Part shown: piece after piece, positions 9,185 to 18,733 of the stretch
Layout: the number at the start of each line of letters is the position of its first letter
How positions within the stretch are numbered: position 1 is the stretch's first letter
Assembly (NCBI GenBank): GCA_947628895.1
Contig: CANRBS010000001.1
Span: 5,783 to 69,782 of the forward strand
Length of the DNA stretch: 64,000 bases
From: an uncultured Bacilli bacterium
GTDB taxonomy: Bacteria > Bacillota_I > Bacilli_A > RF39 > UBA660
Reading direction: 5' to 3'
Translations under genes and position numbers: made by a program
The notes under the pieces: generated by a model
The model's input: only the letters and a program-made list of their open reading frames with translations
The model's database searches: none
What the model was told of the DNA's origin: nothing

Positions 9185-10038
9185 AAAAAATATTAATATG
9201 TTTAACTTGCATTTTTTTACTAAGTGCTTGTGAATGGAAAGAAGACTTTAGTGATACATATATTTACACTACTCTATATCCAATTGAATATGCTACTAAT
9301 GTTTTATATAGTGAATATGCTACAATACAAAATGTTTATCCAAATGGTGCTGATATTAACTATAAAATAACTGATAAAAGAAAAGAAACTTTTTCAAAAG
9401 CAGAAACATTTATATATTCTGGTGTAGCAAATGAAGCTAGTCTTGCTAAAGATGTAGTTAATTTAAATAAAAATATTCAATTAATAGATGCTACTAAATA
9501 TATACCTAGTAATTCTAAAATAGCAAGTGTATGGATAGATCCTTCAAATTATTTAAGACTTTGTAATAATATTAAATCTAATTTAATTAATTATACTGAT
9601 AATGTAAATATAAAAAAGAAAGTTGAAGAAAATTATAAAGAATTAAATGAAAAAATAAGTGAACTTGATGTTCAATTATATGATTTAGGTAAAAATGGAA
9701 ATTATAATACAATACTTACTACTAATAGTGCTCTTAACTATTTAACAAAATATAATATAAATGTTATATCACTTGATACAGATAATGAAGCTATTGATAA
9801 AGCATATTCAGATGCTAAAAAGCTAATAACTAGTAAAGATATTCAATATATTTATTATTTAGAAGGTGATAAACTTAATCAAAATCAAGAAAAATTAATT
9901 AGTGATAATTCACTAATTAAAGTTGAATTAAATGATATATTTTCTCTTACTGATAAAGAAAGAGAAGAAAATAAAGATTATTTAATAATAATGAATGAAA
10001 TAATAGAAAATTATAAAAAAGAACTATATAAAAATTAA
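9181..10038 (+). CDS. lipoprotein, a degenerate ZnuA/TroA-like solute-binding fold lacking metal-binding histidines
   Basis: The lipobox is LLSAC. The sequence [15 protein letters not shown]...[10 protein letters not shown]...[13 protein letters not shown] follows the ZnuA/AdcA pattern (VVTTFYP..EF...). The His ligands are replaced by N and Y. The gene overlaps yidD by 4 nt. Confidence 0.45.
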   Translation: MKKILICLTCIFLLSACEWKEDFSDTYIYTTLYPIEYATNVLYSEYATIQNVYPNGADINYKITDKRKETFSKAETFIYSGVANEASLAKDVVNLNKNIQLIDATKYIPSNSKIASVWIDPSNYLRLCNNIKSNLINYTDNVNIKKKVEENYKELNEKISELDVQLYDLGKNGNYNTILTTNSALNYLTKYNINVISLDTDNEAIDKAYSDAKKLITSKDIQYIYYLEGDKLNQNQEKLISDNSLIKVELNDIFSLTDKEREENKDYLIIMNEIIENYKKELYKN

Positions 10039-10056
10039 TAGAAAACTATTAATTTT

Positions 10057-11238
10057 TTATTTGTCTTTTATTAGTTTTTTAGTAATAATATTATTTATTT
10101 TATCATCATATCTTTTACTTATTATAATTTTATCATAATCATCTGATAAAATACTAAAATATTTAATTAAATTATTATATTCATCTGAAAACATACTTTC
10201 AAGTAAGTCTACATATTCATCATTATAACAAGATAATAAAAACCATTTAATAAATTCTATATTTGCATTTTCAAAAATATTTAACCCATTTTTTAAAATT
10301 ATATTTTCTCTTTTATATTTTATATCTTCACATGCAGATTTTATATCAATATTATTTTTATTACTATGATAAGATACTATTAATGTTAAAGCTTCTATTA
10401 ATGCTTCTTCTAATGCATATTGATATTTTAAAAAATAATTTGCTTTTTTTACATCATTATAATTATGTATATTTTTATTAGTGGCATATAAATTTATAAT
10501 TCCATAAATATCATTAATTGTATTTGATTTAAAATCTTGTAATATTTTAATTGGCATTATATCATATTCATCTAAATAATCTACTATTTTACAATATAAA
10601 TCTGTTGAATAATCAAATTTAATATCACTTATATTATATATTTTATATGAATTATCAATTTTATCATAAGTATATACTTGAATATAATCTTTCTTATTAA
10701 TAACTTTTAAAATAATTATATAATTATCTTTATAGCACTTATCATAATAATTATTTAAAATATTATCACATTCATCATATATTTTTTTATCTTTAGGTTT
10801 TAATGAATAATAATTTTTTAAATTTTCAAGATAAAATATATTATTTGCATTTTTTAAAATTAAATCTCTATTAGAATGAAGAGTTTCATGAATAATAGTT
10901 TCCCCAATATCTTTTATAATATTTTTTTTACTTATTTTATTTGAATTTTTTAAATGATTTTCAATATAATAAGCTAAAATAACTATTCTATTATTATTAG
11001 TTTTTATATAGTTATCTTCATAATAAGCTATATCTCTATTAGAATGTGCATTTAAACTACAATTATAATCTATTATAATATCAGTGTTATATAAATGATT
11101 AAATGCGGTTTTATTTATATTTAATAAATCAAAAAAATGTTTAAGTGAAAAGATTGCATATTCTCTTGCTGAATATACATAACTATATATAACTGCATCA
11201 GTATATTTAGTTTTATTTTCGCCTTCCACTTTTATCAT
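10057..11238 (-). CDS. cytoplasmic HExxH motif protein (putative zinc metallopeptidase-like), paralogue B
   Basis: The 393-aa protein has no signal peptide and contains the IIHETLHSNRD motif. It shares FNHLYN.DI, IIHE.LH.NRD.LLKN, DKKIY.EC and LEE.LIE blocks with 11255..12385. Confidence 0.5.
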   Translation of the reverse strand: MIKVEGENKTKYTDAVIYSYVYSAREYAIFSLKHFFDLLNINKTAFNHLYNTDIIIDYNCSLNAHSNRDIAYYEDNYIKTNNNRIVILAYYIENHLKNSNKISKKNIIKDIGETIIHETLHSNRDLILKNANNIFYLENLKNYYSLKPKDKKIYDECDNILNNYYDKCYKDNYIIILKVINKKDYIQVYTYDKIDNSYKIYNISDIKFDYSTDLYCKIVDYLDEYDIMPIKILQDFKSNTINDIYGIINLYATNKNIHNYNDVKKANYFLKYQYALEEALIEALTLIVSYHSNKNNIDIKSACEDIKYKRENIILKNGLNIFENANIEFIKWFLLSCYNDEYVDLLESMFSDEYNNLIKYFSILSDDYDKIIISKRYDDKINNIITKKLIKDK

Positions 11239-11254
11239 TTTTTTGCCTCATTAA

Positions 11255-12385
11255 TTATTTTAATCTTCTTTTAGCAATTTCGTCAATAATTATTTCATCA
11301 TTTAAAGAAATTTCAAAGTTATTAGAATATATTTTACTAACTAATTTTATAAATTTAGCATAATCATTTAAAAATATATTTTCAAGTTCATTTACTCTTT
11401 CATCTTGATATGATGATAAAAGAAATTTATTTATAAATTCTTCTTTGTATTTATAAAATATTTTAATACAATTTAGAAGTAAAACATTATTACTTTTAGA
11501 AATAATTTGATTGCAAAATCCATCTATATCTAAAAAGTCTTTATCTTTATGATAATCTATAATTGAAGTCATAATTTCAATTAATATTTCTTCTAATTCT
11601 GTTTGATAATTAATAAGCATATTAGCTTTTTTTATTTCATTTGTTTTATTGAATCTTCCATGTGGGGCATATATTCCTGTGATTTCATATACATAATCTT
11701 GATTATTATTATGATTAATAAATTCTTTTATAGGTATTATATTATTAGCTTTTATATAATTTATAATATTATTGTAAGAATTATTCATATTATTATAATT
11801 AATTAAATTAGATATATTATTTAATTTATATATACTAAAATAATTTTCTTCTTTATCATAAATATAAACAAGACTATATTCTTTATAATTTACAATTTTT
11901 AATACTTGTATCTTTTTATTTGAAATAGTATTATTTAAAGCGATTAAGCATTCATTATATATTTTTTTATCTTCTAAACTAAAATCACAATAATCTAAAT
12001 AATCAAGAATATTTAAATAATTAATTTCATTTTTTAATAATACATCTCTATTAGCATGTAATTTTTCATGAATAATAGTATATGCAATATCATCATAAGA
12101 TTCAAAATCATCTATAAATTCAGTATTTAATGAAATACCATTTCTATTTGGATTATATTCACAAGTAGCTTCATAATGTGCTTCTTCATCTTTTTTACAT
12201 TCACAAGTATCATAATTTACTCTAATATCAATATTATATAAATGATTAAATAATGTATAGTCATAACCTAATAATTCTATAAAATGTGCAATTCTTTTAT
12301 TTGCTATAATATTTGATTTTCTTAATTTATATCTAATACTATTAATTTCTTTTTTATCTTTCTTACTTGAAATAACTTTTATCAT
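11255..12385 (-). CDS. cytoplasmic HExxH motif protein (putative zinc metallopeptidase-like), paralogue A
   Basis: The 376-aa protein contains the IIHEKLHANRD motif. It is a tandem paralogue of 10057..11238. Confidence 0.5.
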   Translation of the reverse strand: MIKVISSKKDKKEINSIRYKLRKSNIIANKRIAHFIELLGYDYTLFNHLYNIDIRVNYDTCECKKDEEAHYEATCEYNPNRNGISLNTEFIDDFESYDDIAYTIIHEKLHANRDVLLKNEINYLNILDYLDYCDFSLEDKKIYNECLIALNNTISNKKIQVLKIVNYKEYSLVYIYDKEENYFSIYKLNNISNLINYNNMNNSYNNIINYIKANNIIPIKEFINHNNNQDYVYEITGIYAPHGRFNKTNEIKKANMLINYQTELEEILIEIMTSIIDYHKDKDFLDIDGFCNQIISKSNNVLLLNCIKIFYKYKEEFINKFLLSSYQDERVNELENIFLNDYAKFIKLVSKIYSNNFEISLNDEIIIDEIAKRRLK

Positions 12386-12466
12386 AAAACCCCCTTATAA
12401 ATTATAGTACATTATACCATATCACAAGCAAAATGTCAAAAAAATAGATACTTTTTGTAGTATCTA

Positions 12467-13486
12467 CTATAGGGTATCATAATCAAATAATGTTTTTTGT
12501 TCATTTATTTTAAATTCTCTATATGTTTTTTCTGTTACTATTCTACCTCTTGATGTTCTTTTAACATATCCTTCTTGAAGTAAAAATGGTTCAATTACAT
12601 CTTCTATAGTTGTTGCTTCTTCACCAATAGAGGATGCAATTGATTCAATACCAACAGGTCCTCCATTGAATTTCTTAATTATACTCATTAAGTATTCTAC
12701 ATCTGTACTATCAAGGCCTGATGAATTAATTTTAAGTCTATCTAATGATTTTTTTACTATTTCTAAATTTATTTTATCAATTCCTTCAACTAAAGCAAAA
12801 TCACTAACTCTTTTTAATAATCTATTTGCAATTCTCGGAGTTTTTCTTGATCTAATAGCTATTTCATGTGCAGCATTTTCATCAATTTTAGCTCCAATTA
12901 CTCTTGCAGTTCTCTCAACTATCTCTGTAAGTTCTTCATCTGTATAAAATTCAAGTTTACTAACTATTCCAAATCTATCTCTAAGTGGACTAGATAAGTC
13001 ACCTGCTCTAGTTGTAGCACCAACTAAAGTAAATGGTGGTAAGTCTATTTTAATACTTCTACTTTGTCCTTCACTACCTATTATAATATCAAGTTTAAAG
13101 TCTTCCATAGCACTATATAATATTTCTTCAATATATCTTGGTATTCTATGTATTTCATCTATAAATAATACATCATTAGGTTCAAGAGTAGATAGTATTG
13201 CGGCAAGATCTCCACTTTTTTCAATAGTAGGACCACTAGCTGTTTTAATATTGCTTCCAAGTTCATTTGCTATTATATGAGCAAGAGTTGTTTTTCCAAG
13301 TCCAGGAGGACCATATAATAATACATGATCTAGGTTAGTATTTCTCATCTTAGCAGCAGTAACAAATACTTTAATATTTTCTTTTACATCATTTTGACCA
13401 ATATACTCATCAAATGAATCTGGTCTTATATTCTTTTCAAATGTATCAGTTTCTAGTTCATGATTTGTTACAACTCTTTCATCCAT
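12467..13486 (-). CDS. ruvB: Holliday junction branch migration ATPase RuvB
   Basis: The [14 protein letters not shown] Walker A motif is present. The protein is AAA+ domain throughout and 339 aa long. Confidence 0.95.
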   Translation of the reverse strand: MDERVVTNHELETDTFEKNIRPDSFDEYIGQNDVKENIKVFVTAAKMRNTNLDHVLLYGPPGLGKTTLAHIIANELGSNIKTASGPTIEKSGDLAAILSTLEPNDVLFIDEIHRIPRYIEEILYSAMEDFKLDIIIGSEGQSRSIKIDLPPFTLVGATTRAGDLSSPLRDRFGIVSKLEFYTDEELTEIVERTARVIGAKIDENAAHEIAIRSRKTPRIANRLLKRVSDFALVEGIDKINLEIVKKSLDRLKINSSGLDSTDVEYLMSIIKKFNGGPVGIESIASSIGEEATTIEDVIEPFLLQEGYVKRTSRGRIVTEKTYREFKINEQKTLFDYDTL

Positions 13487-14054
13487 AATATTTCTCCTCT
13501 ATATATTTATATATTTGTTCCCAATTATCAACTCTATTAAATTTTTTTTCATCATGATTATAAGCATTAGTAAATAAAAGTACATCTATTCCTTCATTTG
13601 CTACATCAGCACAATGAGATTCTTTATCATCTATAAATAAAGTTACATTATTTTCTTTACATTCATCTTCTTTAGTACCAGTATTTACAAATACTTTATC
13701 ATATTTTATTCCATGTCTATCTAAATAATCTACTGTAAGTTTATATGGATCTTTTAAATATTTATCTTTTCTAAATGAAATAATTATTATTTTATTTCCT
13801 TCATCATGAAGTTTATTAATTATTTCCTGAGCTCCTTCTTTAATCTCTGCATGATCCATTATATATTCAAGTCTATCTTTAAAGAATTTACCTTTCATAT
13901 CTTTTTGCCATCCCATCATTTCAGTAAATTCATAAGCGGTTTCATCTTTAACCCCACTTCCACCTAGTACTTCTCTATCATATCTATCTGCTTCTTTAAT
14001 AATTAATTCATTAGTAGAGCATATAGTATCATCCATATCAATCCCAATTACCAT
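13479..14054 (-). CDS. HAD-superfamily 5'(3')-deoxyribonucleotidase-like hydrolase
   Basis: The HAD DxDxT motif is present in IGIDMDDTI. The protein is 191 aa with an NT5C/YorS-like profile. It sits between ruvA and ruvB. Confidence 0.6.
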   Translation of the reverse strand: MVIGIDMDDTICSTNELIIKEADRYDREVLGGSGVKDETAYEFTEMMGWQKDMKGKFFKDRLEYIMDHAEIKEGAQEIINKLHDEGNKIIIISFRKDKYLKDPYKLTVDYLDRHGIKYDKVFVNTGTKEDECKENNVTLFIDDKESHCADVANEGIDVLLFTNAYNHDEKKFNRVDNWEQIYKYIEEKYYG

Positions 14055-14061
14055 AATAACC

Positions 14062-14610
14062 TCACTTTAATAATAATTTTAATGCTTCTTTTATTTGTGT
14101 TTCAATAGGCATGCTTGTATCAACTTTAGCAACAATATTTTTAATATCATTACTTTTATATCCAAGTGCTTCTAGTGCAAGTGTTAATTCATCATTTACT
14201 ATTGTATTATTTTCACTCATAACAAGTTTACCTTTTAAATCTAATATGATTTGTCTTGCTAGTTTTTCACCTATTTTAGGTATTTTCTTTAAATATAATA
14301 TATTTTCTCTATCTACAGCATCTACTATTCCATTAATTGATGATGTTGCAAGAATTGTTAAAGCCATTCTAGGGCCAAGTCCTTTAACATCTATTAGTTT
14401 TAAAAATAAATCTCTTTCATCTTCACTTATAAAACCATATAGTGTATTTTCATCTTCTCTTACATGATTATATAAATAAACCATTTCTTCTTCATCTAGT
14501 TTAAATCTATATGGATTTGGTGTATATACTCTATATCCTACACCACTTACATCAACTACAACATAATTTGCAAACTGTTTTGTTATTTTACCTTTTAAAT
14601 ATTCATACAT
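14062..14610 (-). CDS. ruvA: Holliday junction DNA helicase RuvA
   Basis: The N-terminus reads MYEYLKGKI...VVVDVSGVGYRV. A helix-hairpin-helix domain and a C-terminal domain III follow. Confidence 0.9.
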   Translation of the reverse strand: MYEYLKGKITKQFANYVVVDVSGVGYRVYTPNPYRFKLDEEEMVYLYNHVREDENTLYGFISEDERDLFLKLIDVKGLGPRMALTILATSSINGIVDAVDRENILYLKKIPKIGEKLARQIILDLKGKLVMSENNTIVNDELTLALEALGYKSNDIKNIVAKVDTSMPIETQIKEALKLLLK

Positions 14611-14659
14611 AATTTTTACCTCTATATAAAATTATAACACTCATACTTTAATATGTAAA

Positions 14660-15283
14660 TTAATGAGAATTATAAACCATATCTTTATATTTCTTACTAA
14701 TTCTAAATAAAGCATTTTCTACATATTTTTTATCTTTATCTAAAAGATTAGCTACTTCTTTATTATTAAGTCCACTAAGTTTTAATTCAAAAATATTTTT
14801 TTCATTTTTACTTAATTTTGATTTAACTTTTTCAAGTATTTCTTTTGTTTCTTCTTCTTTAAATATTAAATTATCGGGATCATTATTTGTATCATTTAAT
14901 ATTTCATAATAATTATAATTAGTATCATTTACTATTTTATCTAAAGGAAAAGAATTATTTAATATTCTATTTTTCATTCTAAAAGAATTTCTCATAGCAG
15001 ATATTAATGTACTTTTAATACAAGCATTAGCATAAGTATAAAAAGTTACATCTTTTTTTTCATCAAATGTATTAATAGCATGTATAAGTCCAATTAAACC
15101 TTCTTGATAAAGATCAGAGATTTCCATACCAATTACATTATATTCTTTTAAATATTCTTTTAATGTAGCTAATATACAATTCTTATATTTTTCTACTAAA
15201 ATACTTGCAGCTTCTTCATTTTGTTCTGCACATAAATAAACAAGTTCATTATCATTTAATGCTTTATAATCCATATTATTCAC
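14660..15283 (-). CDS. sigH: sigma-70 family sigma factor, SigH-like
   Basis: Region 2 reads DLYQEGLIGLIHAINTFD. A C-terminal region 4 HTH is present. The gene lies immediately downstream of rlmB, as in the B. subtilis yacO-sigH locus. Confidence 0.65.
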   Translation of the reverse strand: MNNMDYKALNDNELVYLCAEQNEEAASILVEKYKNCILATLKEYLKEYNVIGMEISDLYQEGLIGLIHAINTFDEKKDVTFYTYANACIKSTLISAMRNSFRMKNRILNNSFPLDKIVNDTNYNYYEILNDTNNDPDNLIFKEEETKEILEKVKSKLSKNEKNIFELKLSGLNNKEVANLLDKDKKYVENALFRISKKYKDMVYNSH

Positions 15284-15982
15284 CTATTTATACTTCATTA
15301 TTTCATATATTAGTATTCCACTTGCTACACTTGCATTTAAAGAATTTATTTTTCCTTTCATAGGAAGAGATATAATTTCATCACAAGAAGATGATACTAT
15401 TTGTTTAAGACCCCGCCCTTCACTTCCAATTACAAGACAAGTTTTACCATCATACTTAATACTTTGATAATCTTTACCTAAAGCATCAGTTCCATATACC
15501 CAATATCCTAAATCTTTTAATTTACGAATAGTATTTGATAAATTAACTACTTCTACTATTTTTACATAAGATAATGCTCCACTTGATGTTTTATATACAG
15601 TACTATTAACACTAACACTTCTATTTTTTGGAATAATTATATAATCTACTCCTGCACATTCACATGTACGAATAATTGCTCCAAAATTATGTGGATCTTC
15701 TATTGAATCTAACATAACAATAAAATTAGATTTATTATCTTTTTCTATTTCACTAAAATCTAAATAATTAAATTCTTCTATATCTAATGCAATACCTTGA
15801 TTTGTACTATTACCACACATTTTATCAAGTTTATTTTTATCTATATGAAATTTTTTTAAATTTCTTTTATTTATTTTATTTAAAATACTTTCATCTTTAA
15901 AATTATTATCTAAAAATACTTTATAAATTTTAATATTTTTATTTAGTATTTCATTTACTACATTTCTTCCGTATACTAGCAT
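15284..15982 (-). CDS. rlmB: 23S rRNA (guanosine-2'-O)-methyltransferase RlmB (TrmH family)
   Basis: The N-terminus MLVYGRNVVNEIL matches the SpoU/TrmH family, and a C-terminal SPOUT domain follows (GSEGRGL...SLNASVASGILIYE). The start was set at the second ATG, which follows a GGAGGG RBS. Confidence 0.8.
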   Translation of the reverse strand: MLVYGRNVVNEILNKNIKIYKVFLDNNFKDESILNKINKRNLKKFHIDKNKLDKMCGNSTNQGIALDIEEFNYLDFSEIEKDNKSNFIVMLDSIEDPHNFGAIIRTCECAGVDYIIIPKNRSVSVNSTVYKTSSGALSYVKIVEVVNLSNTIRKLKDLGYWVYGTDALGKDYQSIKYDGKTCLVIGSEGRGLKQIVSSSCDEIISLPMKGKINSLNASVASGILIYEIMKYK

Positions 15983-16094
15983 AACACCCTCCATAACTTA
16001 ATAATAATTCTATCAAAACAAATAATAAATTTCAATAATTAAAATCATTCATAATAAAAACTAAATATATCAAAAGATACATTTAGTTTATTAA

Positions 16095-16907
16095 TTAAAA
16101 ATTAATTTCTTTTTCTACTGTATTATATAAATCATCTAATTTTGGCTTTCTCATTTGACTAAATATTATATATAATCCAATTATTATCATTAATATACTT
16201 ACTACTTGTGCTACTTTGATATTATAAAACATTAAACTATCTGTTCTAAACCATTCAATTACTAATCTAATAGCTCCATACCAGAATAAATAAAATCCTG
16301 TTATTTGTCCATTTTTTGTATATTTTCTTCTTCTTATAATTAGCATTATTATAAATCCAATTAAGCATGCAAGTGATTCAAAATAGAACATTGGTAAATG
16401 ATAATTACCATTTATATACATATTATCAATTATAAATTGAGGTATTATTTTCATATTTACAAGTGTATCATATGTTACAGCTGTGCCATAAGCTTCTCCA
16501 TTAAAGAAATTTCCCCATCTACCAATTGCTTGTGCAATTAATACTGCTGGTACAATTATATCTAACATTTTCATTAAATTAACTTTATATTTCTTACAAT
16601 ATCTAACTATAACTAATAAACCTAATATAATAGCACCATGTATTGCAAGACCACCATGCCATATCATAAATATTTCTTTAATATTACTTCCATAATAATC
16701 CCAATTAAATAATACATAATAAATTCTCGCACCAATTATACCAAATATAATAGTCCAAAACATCATGTTAAATACAAATTCTTTTTTAATTTGATATCTT
16801 CTACTTTCAGCCATTATTAATGTATAAGCAATAATAACTGCAGCTAAAATAAGAACACTATACCATCTTACTTCAAAATTTCCTATTGTTACTAAAACTG
16901 GATCCAT
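16095..16907 (-). CDS. lgt: prolipoprotein diacylglyceryl transferase
   Basis: The HGGLAIHG and GRWGNFFNGEAYG signature blocks are present. Confidence 0.9.
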   Translation of the reverse strand: MDPVLVTIGNFEVRWYSVLILAAVIIAYTLIMAESRRYQIKKEFVFNMMFWTIIFGIIGARIYYVLFNWDYYGSNIKEIFMIWHGGLAIHGAIILGLLVIVRYCKKYKVNLMKMLDIIVPAVLIAQAIGRWGNFFNGEAYGTAVTYDTLVNMKIIPQFIIDNMYINGNYHLPMFYFESLACLIGFIIMLIIRRRKYTKNGQITGFYLFWYGAIRLVIEWFRTDSLMFYNIKVAQVVSILMIIIGLYIIFSQMRKPKLDDLYNTVEKEINF

Positions 16908-16910
16908 AAT

Positions 16911-17342
16911 CTACCTTCTTCCTATATTATTTGTTATTATATTATCAAATATAATTCTCATAACACTTATAAATATTGCTATTATAAACATTGAGAATAT
17001 TCCACTAATTTCAAATGCACTTCCCATTAAAACATCACATAATTTTAATATTATCATATTTACAATTGGATATGCTATTCCATAAGTTAATATATTAAGT
17101 GGAAGTGTCCAATATATTAATAATGGTTTTACTGTATAATTTAATATACTTAATATTAATGCTGCTATTATTGAATACATAAAATTCTTAATATATAATT
17201 TTTCAAATATACCTTGAGTTATATATAATACAAGTGCATATACAATAACACCAACTATTATTTGTAATAAATCAATATTAATATCATTGTCATTTTTATT
17301 TTTATTTTTTCTTTCTATTTTATATATTTTTGCTTTTGACAT
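16911..17342 (-). CDS. DUF360/YvlD-like 4-TM membrane protein (phage holin 4_2 superfamily)
   Basis: The 143-aa protein has four TM helices. YvlD-like proteins are commonly encoded near lgt and hprK in Firmicutes. Confidence 0.5.
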   Translation of the reverse strand: MSKAKIYKIERKNKNKNDNDINIDLLQIIVGVIVYALVLYITQGIFEKLYIKNFMYSIIAALILSILNYTVKPLLIYWTLPLNILTYGIAYPIVNMIILKLCDVLMGSAFEISGIFSMFIIAIFISVMRIIFDNIITNNIGRR

Positions 17343-17348
17343 ATATTT

Positions 17349-17807
17349 TTAATTACAAGAACTTAAATAGCTCTCATAATTTCCTCCTTCAGTTTTATAA
17401 ATATAATTTCCTGCATCTCCACAATATAAATATGCATTTCCTGTATCATATATATCATTCTCATTTGCTTTTAAAACTACTATTCCACTGCATGGAACAC
17501 TTTTATAAAAAATTGTATCAAAATATTCTTTCTCTTGTAATGTAGAAATACAAACATATTTTGTTTTATCATCTATTTTTTTAAATTTAGAATTACATTC
17601 TTGCCTATGAGTATCATCAATTGAATGAGTACAATAATCTTGAACAAATAATTTAGCAGCATCTATTGCTTCACCTTCTTGAGCTTGCATTGTATCATCA
17701 ACAGATTCATTAAATATATCAATAACATTTGGTATAACTATAATTACTAATATTGCTATAATTCCAATTACTGCAAGTAATTCTACCATTGTAAAACCTT
17801 TTCTCAT
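17349..17807 (-). CDS. short type IV pilin/pseudopilin (ComGC-like) with a Cys-rich globular domain
   Basis: The prepilin leader is MRKG|FTMVELLAVIGIIAILVIIVIPNV, with F at +1 and E at +5. The mature part contains six Cys. The start was moved to the ATG that follows a GGTGA RBS. Confidence 0.75.
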   Translation of the reverse strand: MRKGFTMVELLAVIGIIAILVIIVIPNVIDIFNESVDDTMQAQEGEAIDAAKLFVQDYCTHSIDDTHRQECNSKFKKIDDKTKYVCISTLQEKEYFDTIFYKSVPCSGIVVLKANENDIYDTGNAYLYCGDAGNYIYKTEGGNYESYLSSCN

Positions 17808-17926
17808 ATCTTTCACCATATTTATTTTATCATTTAATATAAATACATTCAATAATAAAAATTAAAAAATGTAAAATTAGCATATAAAAAGTATTTAATT
17901 TTTAATAAAACTAAATACTAATATTT

Positions 17927-18601
17927 TTATTTTTTTAATTTTTTTATATTATTTTTTATAGATTCTATTTCATTTAATATTTTAATTTTATTTTTATAAC
18001 TATTTCTTAATAATATAAAACATAATATAGAAGAAATAATAAAATTAAAGAAAATAATTATAACCGTATCACTTAAAGGCTCAGTTTTGTTTGAAGGATT
18101 AGCCATTTTTTCAAATACATCATACCTATCTTCACTATTATATAATTTCACTATTTCTTCTTCAATTTGACTATTAAAACTACTAGAATAACCTACAAAT
18201 GTTTTATCACCTATTATTATAAAAGGGATACCAAATTCTTGTGAACTTGTATCATAATTAAAAAATTCTCCAACTTTATTTAAAAGTTTTGCATTATTTT
18301 CATCATACCAAGTTTCAAAAGAAATAAAATTAAAATAATTTGCATATTTTTTTAATATCGTATCATTTATATAATTAATAAAATCACTACAATGAGGACA
18401 ACCTTTTCCTCTAAATAAGTAAATATTAATTTTATCTTCACTTTCTTTATAATTACTTAAATCAGTATTAATACCCTCACTTTTAAATACATCTTCTAGT
18501 GTTTCAGTATTATAATCAGATATATTTATTTCTTCTGCTTTTATATTAATAGTATTAAAAATTAATAATAAATTTAAAATCAATAAAATTATTTTTTTCA
18601 T
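17927..18601 (-). CDS. secreted, membrane-anchored thioredoxin-fold thiol-disulfide oxidoreductase (DsbA/BdbD-like)
   Basis: A signal peptide is followed by GCPHC in a thioredoxin-like fold. A C-terminal TM anchor is present. The RBS is AAAGGAG. Confidence 0.7.
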   Translation of the reverse strand: MKKIILLILNLLLIFNTINIKAEEINISDYNTETLEDVFKSEGINTDLSNYKESEDKINIYLFRGKGCPHCSDFINYINDTILKKYANYFNFISFETWYDENNAKLLNKVGEFFNYDTSSQEFGIPFIIIGDKTFVGYSSSFNSQIEEEIVKLYNSEDRYDVFEKMANPSNKTEPLSDTVIIIFFNFIISSILCFILLRNSYKNKIKILNEIESIKNNIKKLKK

Positions 18602-18660
18602 AACATCTCCTTTCTTGATTACATTTTAACTAAATAAAATATAATATAAAATAAAGAGTT

Positions 18661-18691
18661 GGTTGAAAATAACTCAACCAAAAGTTGAGTT
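18661..18691 (-). terminator. intercistronic hairpin (weak terminator or attenuator) between the pilin-FGE gene and the oxidoreductase gene
   Basis: On the minus strand the hairpin AACTCAAC-TTTTG-GTTGAGTT is followed by AUUUUC. An overlapping alternative hairpin, GGTTGA...TCAACC, is also possible. Confidence 0.4.
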
Positions 18692-18733
18692 ATTAATGAA
18701 TAAAATTAAAATAAATTTATTTTTGAAAGAAAA

